Virus record (IMG/VR): IMGVR_UViG_3300042109_000041
Coordinates: 1-43,353 of that record
Origin: a virus
Lineage: Duplodnaviria > Caudoviricetes
Reading direction: 5' to 3' (one strand)
DNA: 43,353 nucleotides
The stretch's first letter is position 1. The number at the start of each line of letters is the position of its first letter. Below are positions 24,408 to 34,815 of this stretch, one piece after another. The position numbers and the translations under genes were made by a program. Below the pieces are notes generated by a model. It searched no databases. It had not been told where the DNA came from and worked only from the letters and a program-made list of their open reading frames with translations.

Positions 24408-27001
24408 TGGGTGATCTGCTGGAGGGTGGTGTTGGAGAGGCGGGAAGGCCAATAGGTGAGGCGGCGGATGGTGCCAAATAAAGCATTGGCTGGAGAGCCT
24501 GCACGGTCTCCTATCCGCAAACGGTCAACAGTTGGCAATGATCCTGATGTATCAGTGTTTACGCTAGTTCCATTAACAGAAACTGCAAAATCATTAGCTC
24601 GATAACAAGTCCCTAGTCTGCGCGTAAGAGTGCTTCCGGCATTCGGATAAGCTCCAACCTGACCTACCCCTCCGGTCACAACCTCAAAGCCCGCAAGCGT
24701 TGAGGTAAGAAATCCGTTTTCTATCCTGTTATTGCTAGTACCATCATTTAGAGATGCCACAAGAGGGAAAGATGTTCCTGGTACTGTGTAGTTAATAGAG
24801 CAATCAGTAAAAAGACTCCCCTCATCCTGCCGATACCAGGAGCTGAAGTTACTCCCCGTAATACTGGCCACGTCAGCACTGCGGGTGGCGGCTGCTGTGG
24901 TGGTGGGGATGTAGCTGGTGGCAAACGCGCCGGCTTCTAGTTGGGCGCCCCAGGCAAATACGCCCTTGACGCCATCACCGTTAGACCCATCGGCCATCGT
25001 GACAGTTAGACGCATCCCAGCAGAAGTGACTGCTGGATAAGTGACAGTCACAACACAGCGATACCAGCCATTGCCCACTGCAGTTGCAGATGCACTTGCC
25101 CCCGAGGCTCCATTTAACGCTTCTGCCGCTGAGGTAATTGCGCCAGTTGACGCGTTAAATGTAGCCCTTCCGTAAGGCGTGGTATTACCGGAGGACAGTA
25201 AAACAATCTGAAATCTATCTGCTCCGCTTTCTTTGACGTAGATAGATCCTGTGACGGTAGCGCCAGATGTAATTGTAACTCCCTGGTAATACTGACCATC
25301 GGCGCCGCCGTTGGCCATGATCAACTTATCGGCAGTCGTTGTTCCGGATGGAGATAAGGCGGCATTGGCAGTGACTGTGCCTCTGACTGGCCCCCAAGTG
25401 GCGTTATCAAACTGCTCCGAATACGTCAGCAGATTCGTCCGCTGCTCCTCCACCAACAACCCAAGGCTCTCGCCCGTCGTGGGGTCGTGGTTGAAGCGTG
25501 GCGTCGAGTTTGCCGTGCTGGAGCTGACATCTGCAGATCGTGTCACCTGCGAGGCAACAGTAGGGATGTAGCTGGTAGCGACGGTGCCCGTCTCAAACTG
25601 TGCACCCCACAGGTAAAGGCCCTTGGTACTGTCTCCGGTGTAAGCTTCGCTGCCATTACCAGCACCAAGTGTCGGAGTCGATGAAGTGCATAGATCAACT
25701 ACAGCAGCAAAAGTAGCGCGACTTGACTGCGTAGCCGTCATAGAAACTCGATACCAACCGTTGCCAACATTGACGATCGAGCGGGAAACAGCGGTAAAAG
25801 CAGAAGAAGAGCCAGCTGAAGTTTGAGTTACAGAACCGTTGCCCGTAAGACTGAAAACACTGGAAATCCAATCATTGGGAGCGTGATAAAACCTAAGCAA
25901 CACATTGTTTCGGCCATTTGGCTTGACATAAATAGAATGTGTTGCAGTGGTAAAGGTTTGCGGAGAAGTGGCGTAAAGGACGTGATCCAGGTGTGCAGTC
26001 GTCTCTAACAGTGAATCAGCTGTAGTCGTGCCATCAGGAGCTGTGGTTGTATTTGTAGTGACTGCTGTGCTACTTGTGGACCACGCTGCGTTACTAAAGT
26101 CTTCGCTGTACGTCAGCAAATTAGTAGCAGCAGGTTCCAACAGCAAACGACCAGCAGAACGCATGACGCCATTCTCATCAGGCAAGAACGCCCGATCCCG
26201 TGCCACGTTGACTCCAGCGGTTTCGATGATTCCACCGCTGTTGTAGAAAGTAGCGTTACTAGCGCGTGAAGTGAAGGTGGTGTTGGATGGGACGTATTCA
26301 CCCACCGTGCTTGATTGCTCTAGTTGGGCTCCAAAAAGGAGAACTCCTACTGAGGTAGCATCAAAGGTCACAGTATTTGCGCTACGCAGCGTAATGCGCA
26401 TTGCACCAGATGTCCCATCTGAAATCTGTGTAATTCCACAGCGATACCAGCCATCTCCAACTGACTGGATGAATCCACCAGTTGCAGCAGCTGTGCCTGG
26501 CGTAACACGTGTTAGCAGCGTCCCATTTGATAAGTCATAACCTTGAACGTATAAGGTGCTTCCAACCGCATGAAGAATCTCTATTCTTGAAATTTCTGAA
26601 GCTTTTGCGTACACACTAGATGTATATGAAATACCACTGGTTGCCCCAGAGACATTTTGCTGTACGTAATGTCCGTCAACTGTCGAGTTTCCAGTTAGTT
26701 TATCTGCAGCAATAAGGCCATTCGGGCCAGCAGCGGCATTGGCGGTAACTGTTGAGAGCGTTTTCGCCCAACTCGCATTATCAAACTCCTCACTCCTGAC
26801 CAGCAAATTCGTCGTCGCCATCCGCAATACACCCTGGCTATCGACGAACGTGCCGCTACTGGTGCGGGAGAAGGTGATCCGGGGGTCAAGAGTTTTAGTA
26901 CGAGCAAATTGAAGGTCAAGTGAAGAGGCATTAAAAATACTGCCATTTCTAACAGTAGGGAAAACGCTTTGCATTAAGCGCTTAGGAGAAATTACCTTCA
27001 T
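24404..27001 (-). CDS. Head-spike/fibre-like receptor-binding protein with three lectin-like modules
   Basis: Three repeats of TNLL..SE.F.NA.W...ADKL...S.YVK...VG.GWYRC...GAQ.E.....T.Y.P; resembles the RcGTA head-spike fibre family. Confidence 0.8.
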   Translation of the reverse strand: MKVISPKRLMQSVFPTVRNGSIFNASSLDLQFARTKTLDPRITFSRTSSGTFVDSQGVLRMATTNLLVRSEEFDNASWAKTLSTVTANAAAGPNGLIAADKLTGNSTVDGHYVQQNVSGATSGISYTSSVYAKASEISRIEILHAVGSTLYVQGYDLSNGTLLTRVTPGTAAATGGFIQSVGDGWYRCGITQISDGTSGAMRITLRSANTVTFDATSVGVLLFGAQLEQSSTVGEYVPSNTTFTSRASNATFYNSGGIIETAGVNVARDRAFLPDENGVMRSAGRLLLEPAATNLLTYSEDFSNAAWSTSSTAVTTNTTTAPDGTTTADSLLETTAHLDHVLYATSPQTFTTATHSIYVKPNGRNNVLLRFYHAPNDWISSVFSLTGNGSVTQTSAGSSSAFTAVSRSIVNVGNGWYRVSMTATQSSRATFAAVVDLCTSSTPTLGAGNGSEAYTGDSTKGLYLWGAQFETGTVATSYIPTVASQVTRSADVSSSTANSTPRFNHDPTTGESLGLLVEEQRTNLLTYSEQFDNATWGPVRGTVTANAALSPSGTTTADKLIMANGGADGQYYQGVTITSGATVTGSIYVKESGADRFQIVLLSSGNTTPYGRATFNASTGAITSAAEALNGASGASASATAVGNGWYRCVVTVTYPAVTSAGMRLTVTMADGSNGDGVKGVFAWGAQLEAGAFATSYIPTTTAAATRSADVASITGSNFSSWYRQDEGSLFTDCSINYTVPGTSFPLVASLNDGTSNNRIENGFLTSTLAGFEVVTGGVGQVGAYPNAGSTLTRRLGTCYRANDFAVSVNGTSVNTDTSGSLPTVDRLRIGDRAGSPANALFGTIRRLTYWPSRLSNTTLQQITQ

Positions 27002-27126
27002 TTACCTTGACCTCGATAAACCTTTTTACCCATTTTAGGTTTACTGTTTTTACTTGAGCCTTGAGTTGTTTGTTTTGGTTTAGGCGGAAGACGTACTGGT
27101 TTACCGCTAAGAGTTTTCTTAACCAT
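26998..27126 (-). CDS. 42-aa basic peptide ending YRGQGK
   Basis: Manual: MVKKTLSGKPVRLPPKPKQTTQGSSKNSKPKMGKKVYRGQGK; coupled on both sides. Confidence 0.8.
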   Translation of the reverse strand: MVKKTLSGKPVRLPPKPKQTTQGSSKNSKPKMGKKVYRGQGK

Positions 27127-27359
27127 TAAGAAAGCCCAAAGAGTTCTTTAAGTTCAGCCACGGTCAATCCAGCAGCTTCTAGCTTTTGTTCAGTGGTGAG
27201 TACTGGGGCGGGTTCAGGTTCAGGGGCAGGCTCGGGGGTGTTACCTTCGGAGAGCCACTGGAGATAGGCCGCGTAGTCAGTGTTGGCAGGATCGGGTGGG
27301 ATGTGCGCTCCGTCAGCGACGCGGAGGATGCAGTTGCCGGTGGTCAGTTGGTAAGTCAT
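27126..27359 (-). CDS. Tail-fibre-associated small protein (chaperone candidate)
   Basis: IP.DPANTDY..YL.W..EGN.PEPA; directly after the tail fibre. Confidence 0.8.
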   Translation of the reverse strand: MTYQLTTGNCILRVADGAHIPPDPANTDYAAYLQWLSEGNTPEPAPEPEPAPVLTTEQKLEAAGLTVAELKELFGLS

Positions 27360-27362
27360 GGA

Positions 27363-29123
27363 TCAAAGCTCCGCAGATGCAAGAACAACAAAACCCGAGG
27401 CACTACTGTGGTTCACGGTTTGATAACCGCCATTGACGCCAATCTGAAAAACTGCGCCTGAGCCTGTGTCGTAGGCAAAAGTACAAGTAGGTGCTGTTCG
27501 CATCTGTTGAGGTAACTTAAAGAAACCGCGCTCAGCGCTTATGTTGTTCGCTACTGGCAAGATAGATGCGTTGTCCAGAAATGCGTAATACCTCTGACAC
27601 AACGCCAACTCCTGCCCATAACTTCTCCACTCAAAAGGTGTTGCTACGGTTCCGGGCTCTAGCTGAACACCAGTGACCTGCCAAGTAGCGTTAAGGGTTC
27701 CAATAACCTTGACGGCACTGGAAGTCCTAAAGAAGCTGCCTGCCACCCAAGTATTAGGCGTTGCTGTTTCAACAGTGCTACCACTACCCATATCAAACAA
27801 AATACTGTGAGAACCAATACTGATCCCTTGATTTGGAGTAAATCCAGTAAAAGTATCACCAGGCACTGCAATAGTCTTACGCTCCCAAGTGTTCGCAGAG
27901 ACGATTGTGTACTCAAAGACATAGGATCTATAAGCTGGCGCAGCGGATTGCGAACGAACAAATCCAGCGAACGTTCCGGTTAGGGACGACTTCACCCAAA
28001 AGGAAAGTACAACTGATTTGGCAGACGTAGTATTAGCTGCTAGATCTGCTGTGTTAGAGGCTTCAACAGGCTGCCACACATAGAAATTGTCACCAGCTGC
28101 TGGAGTTTTAGCGTTAGTCGTAGTCCATTTAAGACTTCCGACAAACCCACTTGGAGCATCGGTGTTATATTGAACAGTCGCAGTACCCGTACCGACTCCG
28201 CCAACAGCATTACAATTCCACCTATCTAGCGGATATCCAGCTGAGTTATTTAACGTTACAGCTCCGCCACTTTGCCGTTGATCAATCCGCATATCGCCAT
28301 TGATAATGCGATTACGCATCCCACTAAGCGGACCACCATTTAGGCTAGGAACAATAATGTCACCAGTAAACGTACCACCGGCCTTAGGCATTGCTGCGTT
28401 AGCGGTGGTTTGTGCAGCATTAGCAGAACTCTGAGCAGCGTCTGCAGCATCCTTAGCTGTCTTAACGCTATTAGGAGTAGCAGCTGTAGTAGTGCTAGTT
28501 GAAGCAGTGCTATCGGTTAGTTGAACAACACCTGCGTTGCTAGTAGTAGCTGCTTGGATTTTAGTAGCAGTAATAGCAGCACTAGCGTTGATGTCAGCAT
28601 CAACAATTGTGCCATCAGCAATCTTGGCACTAGTTACAGCTGAATCATTGATCTTTGCAGTTGTTACAGCTGAATCAAGGATTTTAGTTGTTGTTACAGC
28701 GCCAGTATCAATACTCCAAATAGTACCGGTACCACCAACAATAATGTCCCCTTTATCACCATCAGGGACACCCCCACCAGCGTTTACAGAGTCTTGAAAC
28801 TCTTGAAGACCATAACGAATCTGATTATCAGCATTATTAAGGTCTTGAGCTGTCAGCGTAGAACCAGCTGTGTAAACAACTGTTGCGTCTGTAATGTCTG
28901 TAAGTCTTTGGATGTAAACCTTAGCGTTACTGACAGCTACGTTCAGGACAATTGCTGTTCCAGCGGTGTTAAAGGTGTAATCAGTAGTAAGGGTTTTCAG
29001 GACATCGTTGACATAGACCTTGATATCCGATTGACGAATATAAGGGATTGGATCACCGTTACTGTTGGTGAGAGCAAACGTTGTACCAGAAGCACTGGTA
29101 TAAGTTACAGATGCGTAAGCCAT
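27363..29123 (-). CDS. Tail fibre protein (T7 gp17-type N-terminal anchor)
   Basis: PY....DIKVYVN...DYT...GS.LTA.DLN N-terminus; VTTAKI.D repeats; GVVQL..ATP..VK; RNRIINGDM.IDQR...ELALCQRYY C-terminal domain. Confidence 0.92.
   Translation of the reverse strand: MAYASVTYTSASGTTFALTNSNGDPIPYIRQSDIKVYVNDVLKTLTTDYTFNTAGTAIVLNVAVSNAKVYIQRLTDITDATVVYTAGSTLTAQDLNNADNQIRYGLQEFQDSVNAGGGVPDGDKGDIIVGGTGTIWSIDTGAVTTTKILDSAVTTAKINDSAVTSAKIADGTIVDADINASAAITATKIQAATTSNAGVVQLTDSTASTSTTTAATPNSVKTAKDAADAAQSSANAAQTTANAAMPKAGGTFTGDIIVPSLNGGPLSGMRNRIINGDMRIDQRQSGGAVTLNNSAGYPLDRWNCNAVGGVGTGTATVQYNTDAPSGFVGSLKWTTTNAKTPAAGDNFYVWQPVEASNTADLAANTTSAKSVVLSFWVKSSLTGTFAGFVRSQSAAPAYRSYVFEYTIVSANTWERKTIAVPGDTFTGFTPNQGISIGSHSILFDMGSGSTVETATPNTWVAGSFFRTSSAVKVIGTLNATWQVTGVQLEPGTVATPFEWRSYGQELALCQRYYAFLDNASILPVANNISAERGFFKLPQQMRTAPTCTFAYDTGSGAVFQIGVNGGYQTVNHSSASGFVVLASAEL
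28621..28710 (-). repeat. Three tandem 30-bp coding repeats (D.AVT..KI) in the tail fibre
   Basis: GTTACAGC recurs at 30-bp spacing three times. Confidence 0.8.
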
Positions 29124-32100
29124 TACTTAGTACCTCCGGTCACTCGTTGTTGCAGAATAAACTGTTTCATTTCTTCAGGCATTTTGTAACGTTGACCAGG
29201 ATTAGTGCCCATTAAGAATTTTTCTTTGGCATCACTAATCAGTGTACGAACATAATCACTCAAAATAGATCTCCGCATATTGTTATCTCGATCCCAATCA
29301 GCTTGAGCGATTGGAATACCCATAGGGCCTACGGTCATCTTAAATGGGCTATCTATAGAAGGATGTTGAGTGTAAATAGGATCGCTAATTAGCTCTTTAA
29401 TAGCGCTATAAATCCCTTTGTGTTCTTTACCTGTAGTTGGGTTTCTGTACTCAAATTCAGAGTTCAAGAAGTGGTTGAAATCATTGAGAATGGTTTCGTT
29501 GATACCAACTCCATCGCTGTTGTAAAGAGAGGTCCTAGGAGGGGCGATGAGGTTATACACCATCTCTTTGGCTACAGGATCACCTTCAAGCTTGTCTGGG
29601 AACGCCCAGTAGCGGCCTAGGACAGCCTGAAGTGGATACCACTTACCAGCGTGGTTAGCGTTGATCGTGGTGCCTGGCTTGCCGTACCAGAGGGCTTTAC
29701 GGGACCTAGTTTCAGGTTCGTTCTTGAGGACGCTTACAGCGGTGTCTACGAGGAAACCAAGAGGGTTGTACTCAGCAGCGATACCAAAGGTACCAAAAGC
29801 TGTATCAAGAAGACTATTACCAACGTCTTGAACAGTAATACCTTTCTCACTCATAGAGCCTCGTTCATACCAACCCTTCTGAGCAAATCGAGTAACAGGA
29901 CTTGCAGGCTTACGAGGATCAAAACCTTCACTAATTACTTTGCGAAGATTGAGGTAAGGGTCACCAGCTTTAGCTACGCTGTCAGCCAAGATCTTTTGAA
30001 GACGGCTGATATCACCCTGACCTGCTGAGGTAAGAGCTTTAATTAGTCGGTCCATACCCGCAATGGCAGGGGTCTCCAAAATGTAATTAGCCAAAGAAGC
30101 AGCAGCAAGAGCAAACAGACCGCCCGTATCTCGTCCCGGAGCAAACTCATAAAGGTCTCTAAGAGTCGCTTGGAACGCCAGAGTGTTTCCATACAAAGGT
30201 AGGTAACGATAAGGAACACGGACATTACCAATCTTCATGGTGTAAGCATCTACAGCTCCACCAGCTTCTCGGTAGGTGTTTTCAAGACCACCAGTAATGT
30301 CTTGGTTACCGTCCCTGACGTGGAAGAACGCCATAGTTTGAAGACCGATGGCAAGAGCCAAAGCACCTTGAGCCTTAGTTCTTACAGCAATGTCGTCACT
30401 AAAATACTTACTTTCAAAGTTAGTAATACCTTCTTTCCAGTTAGCAGGAAGCAGTTCTACAACTTTGTCAGGAAGAGCTTTTGCACCAAGGCGTCCCAGG
30501 TCTGCACCAAATTGAGCGATCTCTCCACCAGAAGAAATCATCACAGCTCGTTTAACGCCGTTAATAGGCGACACAAGGAACGGGAACAGGTCTCGCCCAA
30601 AAGCAGCCATTACAGGATTGCTTGATTGACGAAGTTTGTTGACAGCTCCTTCAATGTCTTGAAGAGGTCCAGTCAGCTCTTCAGTAAGGTTTACAGCTCT
30701 GGTGAGTCCAAGGATTTGGTTATCAAGAACTGAGTAACCAATTGTGGTCTGATCAAAACCAACTTTGACTGGCTTATAAAGAGCATTAAATTCTTTATTT
30801 AAATACTTTGCAATTTCATCTGCACGATCTGCAGCATTCAACGTACCTGCAGCTATCTTTTCATCTACTTCTTTAATTGCCAAAGCACGAACACGAGCAT
30901 TAGCAAACAAAGAAGTTGTCAGTTCATCAGCGGTTGCTGAGAGTTGTCCAAAGATGCTGAGGTTTACATCCTCACCACCAGGGTAGTAGCTGGTTTTACC
31001 AAGACCCATACCACGCAAACCGGTGGTAGTCATTCCGATGGTTTTACCAAACAGACTTCGCTTATTCCACGCTTCACCAGGCATGAAGTAATCGTGGAAC
31101 ACTTTCATCAACACTCGGCTCTTGTTAAGAGTGTCGAAGATTTCTGCGTTCTCTTCACCACGTTCAATGACGTAGTTAAAGAACGGAGTCTTAATTTTGG
31201 TAGCAGCAAGATCTTGAGCAATAGCTTCCTCACGACGCAAGCCAGCAGACTTTTGAAGCTCGTAAGCAGCCTCTGAAGCTTGGATTGGATCAGTAATAGA
31301 CCTACCAAACACAAAGCGGTTATAGGTGGCTTCCAGAGCGTCTCCAATAGCGTGACGAAGCATCAGAAGCGTATCCATTTCAAGCTTGGCTTGTTGGAAA
31401 CTTTCAGTAGCCAGTTGAGTCTGTCCAAGGAATTTAGCTGCTGTACCGGTCAAGGTATTACCAACTGCTTGTCCAGTGATTTGAGCAGCAGATTCAGGGA
31501 TACCTTGAATAGGAATCGAGAACACCGTTGCAGGGTTAGACAGCGGCGAACCAATTTGAAGACGAGCAAGAACTGCGTCACCAGTAATTTCAAGTTGTTT
31601 GATCTTGGTTAGATCACCTTGGGTTTCATAGAGCTTTTCTACAAGACGCTCCATGCCTTCCATTTCTTCATCAGTCAGGTCTTCACCAGACTCAACCTTT
31701 TTGAAGAAGTTACCAATGGTGCCATCGAGTTCTACTTGAGCTTCACGAGCAGCAGCACTCATACCTTCAGCAAAATCTTCAGATTCACCAAAACTGGCTA
31801 GCTGACGATTAGCTTCACTGAAAAGTTCTTTAGGATCAGTTGTTCTAAATCCAAGCCGATTACGACGATCAAACAGTCGAAGGGCGTTACCAAAACCTTC
31901 AAACTGAGCGTTAATAGCTTTGACGTTGCCAATCAAAACTTTGTAGTTATCAGTAAATCGAACAAGAGCAGAAACACGATCAAGGTCTTGTACTTCACCA
32001 CCTTTGAGAATGGTTCTCAAATCTCTTGCAGATTTAAGAGCGTTAATTGCGCTGTCATCCAAAAGACTGGTGACAACCATAATCTTGTTGAGGTTTTTAG

Positions 32101-34756
32101 AAACGTCTTTACCAAGCTTTTCACCTTCAGCAAACAAAGCAAGTTTTGTAAGTGTTGGGTTACTTCCACCAAGAGTAGAGGCCAGCTTACGGATGGCAAT
32201 ACCGTATTGAGCAGGGAGAATCTTTTGACGGTTATCAAGAAGATCTACCGTTGCTTTAACAGCAGCAGCGTTCTCAAGATTAGAGGTGTATTTAACTGCA
32301 TTGGTGTTGTAAATAGCAGTAGCGTCTTCAGCTAGATCAGTACCGTTTTCAAGATCAGATTTAATCAGCTCTTGTTGTTTCTTAATCGTGTCGTCAACAC
32401 CACGAAGGAAATCATCAAGCGCTTCTTTAGTTTCTGTAGGATCTTGGAACTGATTGAGATCTTTATTAACTGCTTTAACAGTTTCACGAACAGAAGTAGC
32501 TGGTTCATCACCAGGGGTTTCGTTAGCAACTCGACGAGCAGCTAGTTCATCAGTATCGATCTTGATCTCACCAGCCTCATCGACCGTTACAGGCACCTGA
32601 TTCTGCACAGGAGCTTCCTGGCGAGGAATACCAAATACCTCGTCTACAGGCTCTGCAGGAGGCATCTGGAGGCCCTCAGGCATTTCAGGGACAGTAGGAG
32701 CCAGACCGCCGTTATCAATGACTTTGTTCTGAATCTCTTCAACACGCTGAACAAAAGTCCGCATGAAGTCAGGGTTGAGGTTCTCAGAAGCAACAGCAGC
32801 TTCAGCAGCGTTGAGGATATCTTTGAGCTCACCGTAAGCCTCACCAAACGCATCGTTTAGAGCGTAGTCACGGCTAATTTCATCGAGACGGTTTTCAGCA
32901 AACAGTTGAGCGTTACGGGCTTCCAGCAGTGCAATACGTTCTGTATCAAGCTCATCTAGAGCATCGACAAGGATACGAGCATCACTGAGAGCGTTTTTGA
33001 AACCAATAGAAGCATCAAAAGAGCTTTCAGTAATACGACCAAGCTCAGCCAGATCAGCAACTTGCTCCAGCTGGTTAAGACCGATATCACGACGCTGAGT
33101 AGTCAGAGCATCAAGCTCATCAAGCTTTTGAAGAGCTGCAGTTACGGTACGAACTTTGGTTGCGTTCTTACTAGCTTTCTTACCAGCACCAGTGCTTTTA
33201 CGGATCCATTCAGGATCTTCAGCCATGATCCGTTCATACTCAGCAAGACGAGCTTGAAGATTGGCTCGTTTACCTTGAGCTTGTTCTGGTGTTTTAACAG
33301 CTAGTTCACCTTGCAGCTTGGAGATTGCAGCGTCAACCTCAGTGGTATCTGTAGGCAGATCTGCGTTCTGATCAAGACGCTGGAAGATTGTGTCCATCTC
33401 AGCGCCTGCTTCCTGCTGTTTAGTCAGGAACGATTCAGCACCACCACGAGCAGCTTGAGAGATCTTTCCAACGTTCTCATCGATCTTGCGGTACAGATCA
33501 GCCGTAACAGTACCTAGACGGTCTTCACGTTGCTCATACGCCTTAGCAAAACCATCAGCTTCCAGTTCTTGTTTAGCCAGAGGGGTAGCCTCTTCAACAG
33601 CCTCTTGCATGGCTTGTTGAGCAGGGACACCACTAGTCGCTTTACTCATGAAGCGATTAGCAGCGTAAAACGCTCCACGAAGGCCAGTAAGAGCTACAGC
33701 ACCACCAGCAGCGTTCTTGAACTGTTCAAAGGCGTAGTTAAACTCTTCCTTTGAAGTAGCCCGAACAACACGAGCAGCAGCGATACGCTCTTCAGGAGTC
33801 TGCAGTTGCTGAGCACGATCCAACCCTTTCTGCAAAGCTGCAGGAGGTTGAGGCATAAAGAACATTGCATCCTGAACAGCGTTAGGCAGGATGTCGTTGA
33901 CCAGGAATCGTACACCGGTTTCAAGACCAGCTTTGATGTCTTTAGTTTTCCAAATCTCTCCAAGTGCTTTACCGGTCTTAGACACCATCGTGGGGCCTTT
34001 AACCAGAGTGCTAACGCCTTTATCAAACAGCATTGCAGCACCAATCGAGCTAGCAAGCTGACCGATCGCTGTATCTGGTTTGACGTTACGTTTTACATAC
34101 TCACTGTCTTCACTGAACAGAGGACCCAAAAGGGGTGTAGAAGGTTTAATACCGTAGCTGAAAGCTTCAGGAGTCCTACCAGTCTTTTGAAGGGCCTCAA
34201 TAGCTGCTGTAGCGTTCCTTTGGCGTTGCTCTTCAACTTCAGGAAGATTGTATTCAGCTGGAGAAACACCAGCCATCTCAGCAGCTGGGTTACGGAATCC
34301 ACCACCAACCGCACCTAGTTGTTCAATAGCAGCGATAGGAGCGTTAACAGCTTGACGGGCTACATCCTGAACAATCTTGCCTGCTTCTTTACCAACAGTC
34401 GTTTTAGTACCAGGAATCGGTACGTTACCAATCTTTTGTGCTTGACGACCGAGGTTTACAAAAGGAGCAGCAGGACCAGCAAGGAAGTTAATAGCACCAC
34501 TCTTTAGTGCCTCTTTAACGTTTCCAGCTACTGCTCCACCAGCTTGTTGAATGAAACGGCCAAGATCAAAGCCTCGTTGCTGCTTAGGTTTTGCAGCAGG
34601 TTTTGCTTGCGCTTTAGGTTTTGCTTGAGGTTTGGGGGCAGCAGCTACTTGTTGTTGTTGAGTACCACCACCCCATTCTTGTTGATACCTTTGTTGTGCC
34701 TCGTTAGGGTCTTGAATAAATACGCTTTGACCGGACTTTAGAGGGATGTAAGGCAT
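29123..34756 (-). CDS. Large internal virion/ejection protein (gp16 position)
   Basis: 1877 aa, helical composition; lies between the gp15-like gene and the tail fibre. Call is by synteny. Confidence 0.8.
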   Translation of the reverse strand: MPYIPLKSGQSVFIQDPNEAQQRYQQEWGGGTQQQQVAAAPKPQAKPKAQAKPAAKPKQQRGFDLGRFIQQAGGAVAGNVKEALKSGAINFLAGPAAPFVNLGRQAQKIGNVPIPGTKTTVGKEAGKIVQDVARQAVNAPIAAIEQLGAVGGGFRNPAAEMAGVSPAEYNLPEVEEQRQRNATAAIEALQKTGRTPEAFSYGIKPSTPLLGPLFSEDSEYVKRNVKPDTAIGQLASSIGAAMLFDKGVSTLVKGPTMVSKTGKALGEIWKTKDIKAGLETGVRFLVNDILPNAVQDAMFFMPQPPAALQKGLDRAQQLQTPEERIAAARVVRATSKEEFNYAFEQFKNAAGGAVALTGLRGAFYAANRFMSKATSGVPAQQAMQEAVEEATPLAKQELEADGFAKAYEQREDRLGTVTADLYRKIDENVGKISQAARGGAESFLTKQQEAGAEMDTIFQRLDQNADLPTDTTEVDAAISKLQGELAVKTPEQAQGKRANLQARLAEYERIMAEDPEWIRKSTGAGKKASKNATKVRTVTAALQKLDELDALTTQRRDIGLNQLEQVADLAELGRITESSFDASIGFKNALSDARILVDALDELDTERIALLEARNAQLFAENRLDEISRDYALNDAFGEAYGELKDILNAAEAAVASENLNPDFMRTFVQRVEEIQNKVIDNGGLAPTVPEMPEGLQMPPAEPVDEVFGIPRQEAPVQNQVPVTVDEAGEIKIDTDELAARRVANETPGDEPATSVRETVKAVNKDLNQFQDPTETKEALDDFLRGVDDTIKKQQELIKSDLENGTDLAEDATAIYNTNAVKYTSNLENAAAVKATVDLLDNRQKILPAQYGIAIRKLASTLGGSNPTLTKLALFAEGEKLGKDVSKNLNKIMVVTSLLDDSAINALKSARDLRTILKGGEVQDLDRVSALVRFTDNYKVLIGNVKAINAQFEGFGNALRLFDRRNRLGFRTTDPKELFSEANRQLASFGESEDFAEGMSAAAREAQVELDGTIGNFFKKVESGEDLTDEEMEGMERLVEKLYETQGDLTKIKQLEITGDAVLARLQIGSPLSNPATVFSIPIQGIPESAAQITGQAVGNTLTGTAAKFLGQTQLATESFQQAKLEMDTLLMLRHAIGDALEATYNRFVFGRSITDPIQASEAAYELQKSAGLRREEAIAQDLAATKIKTPFFNYVIERGEENAEIFDTLNKSRVLMKVFHDYFMPGEAWNKRSLFGKTIGMTTTGLRGMGLGKTSYYPGGEDVNLSIFGQLSATADELTTSLFANARVRALAIKEVDEKIAAGTLNAADRADEIAKYLNKEFNALYKPVKVGFDQTTIGYSVLDNQILGLTRAVNLTEELTGPLQDIEGAVNKLRQSSNPVMAAFGRDLFPFLVSPINGVKRAVMISSGGEIAQFGADLGRLGAKALPDKVVELLPANWKEGITNFESKYFSDDIAVRTKAQGALALAIGLQTMAFFHVRDGNQDITGGLENTYREAGGAVDAYTMKIGNVRVPYRYLPLYGNTLAFQATLRDLYEFAPGRDTGGLFALAAASLANYILETPAIAGMDRLIKALTSAGQGDISRLQKILADSVAKAGDPYLNLRKVISEGFDPRKPASPVTRFAQKGWYERGSMSEKGITVQDVGNSLLDTAFGTFGIAAEYNPLGFLVDTAVSVLKNEPETRSRKALWYGKPGTTINANHAGKWYPLQAVLGRYWAFPDKLEGDPVAKEMVYNLIAPPRTSLYNSDGVGINETILNDFNHFLNSEFEYRNPTTGKEHKGIYSAIKELISDPIYTQHPSIDSPFKMTVGPMGIPIAQADWDRDNNMRRSILSDYVRTLISDAKEKFLMGTNPGQRYKMPEEMKQFILQQRVTGGTK

Positions 34757-34757
34757 T

Positions 34758-34814
34758 TAGCAGTGCTTTCTAGTTCGCTTCCTCCAAACTAATGGATATA
34801 ACTAGAAATTGCTA
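34758..34814 (-). promoter_or_regulatory. Intergenic hairpin with a 24-nt loop
   Basis: TAGCA.TTTCTAGTT-[ATATCCATTAGTTTGGAGGAAGCG]-AACTAGAAA....TGCTA fills the whole gap from stop to start. Confidence 0.75.
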
Positions 34815-34815
34815 T

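Noticed and set aside
24404-29123. Diversity-generating retroelement acting on the fibre genes
   Set aside because: No reverse transcriptase and no adenine-variable TR/VR pair seen; the repeats are diverged protein modules.
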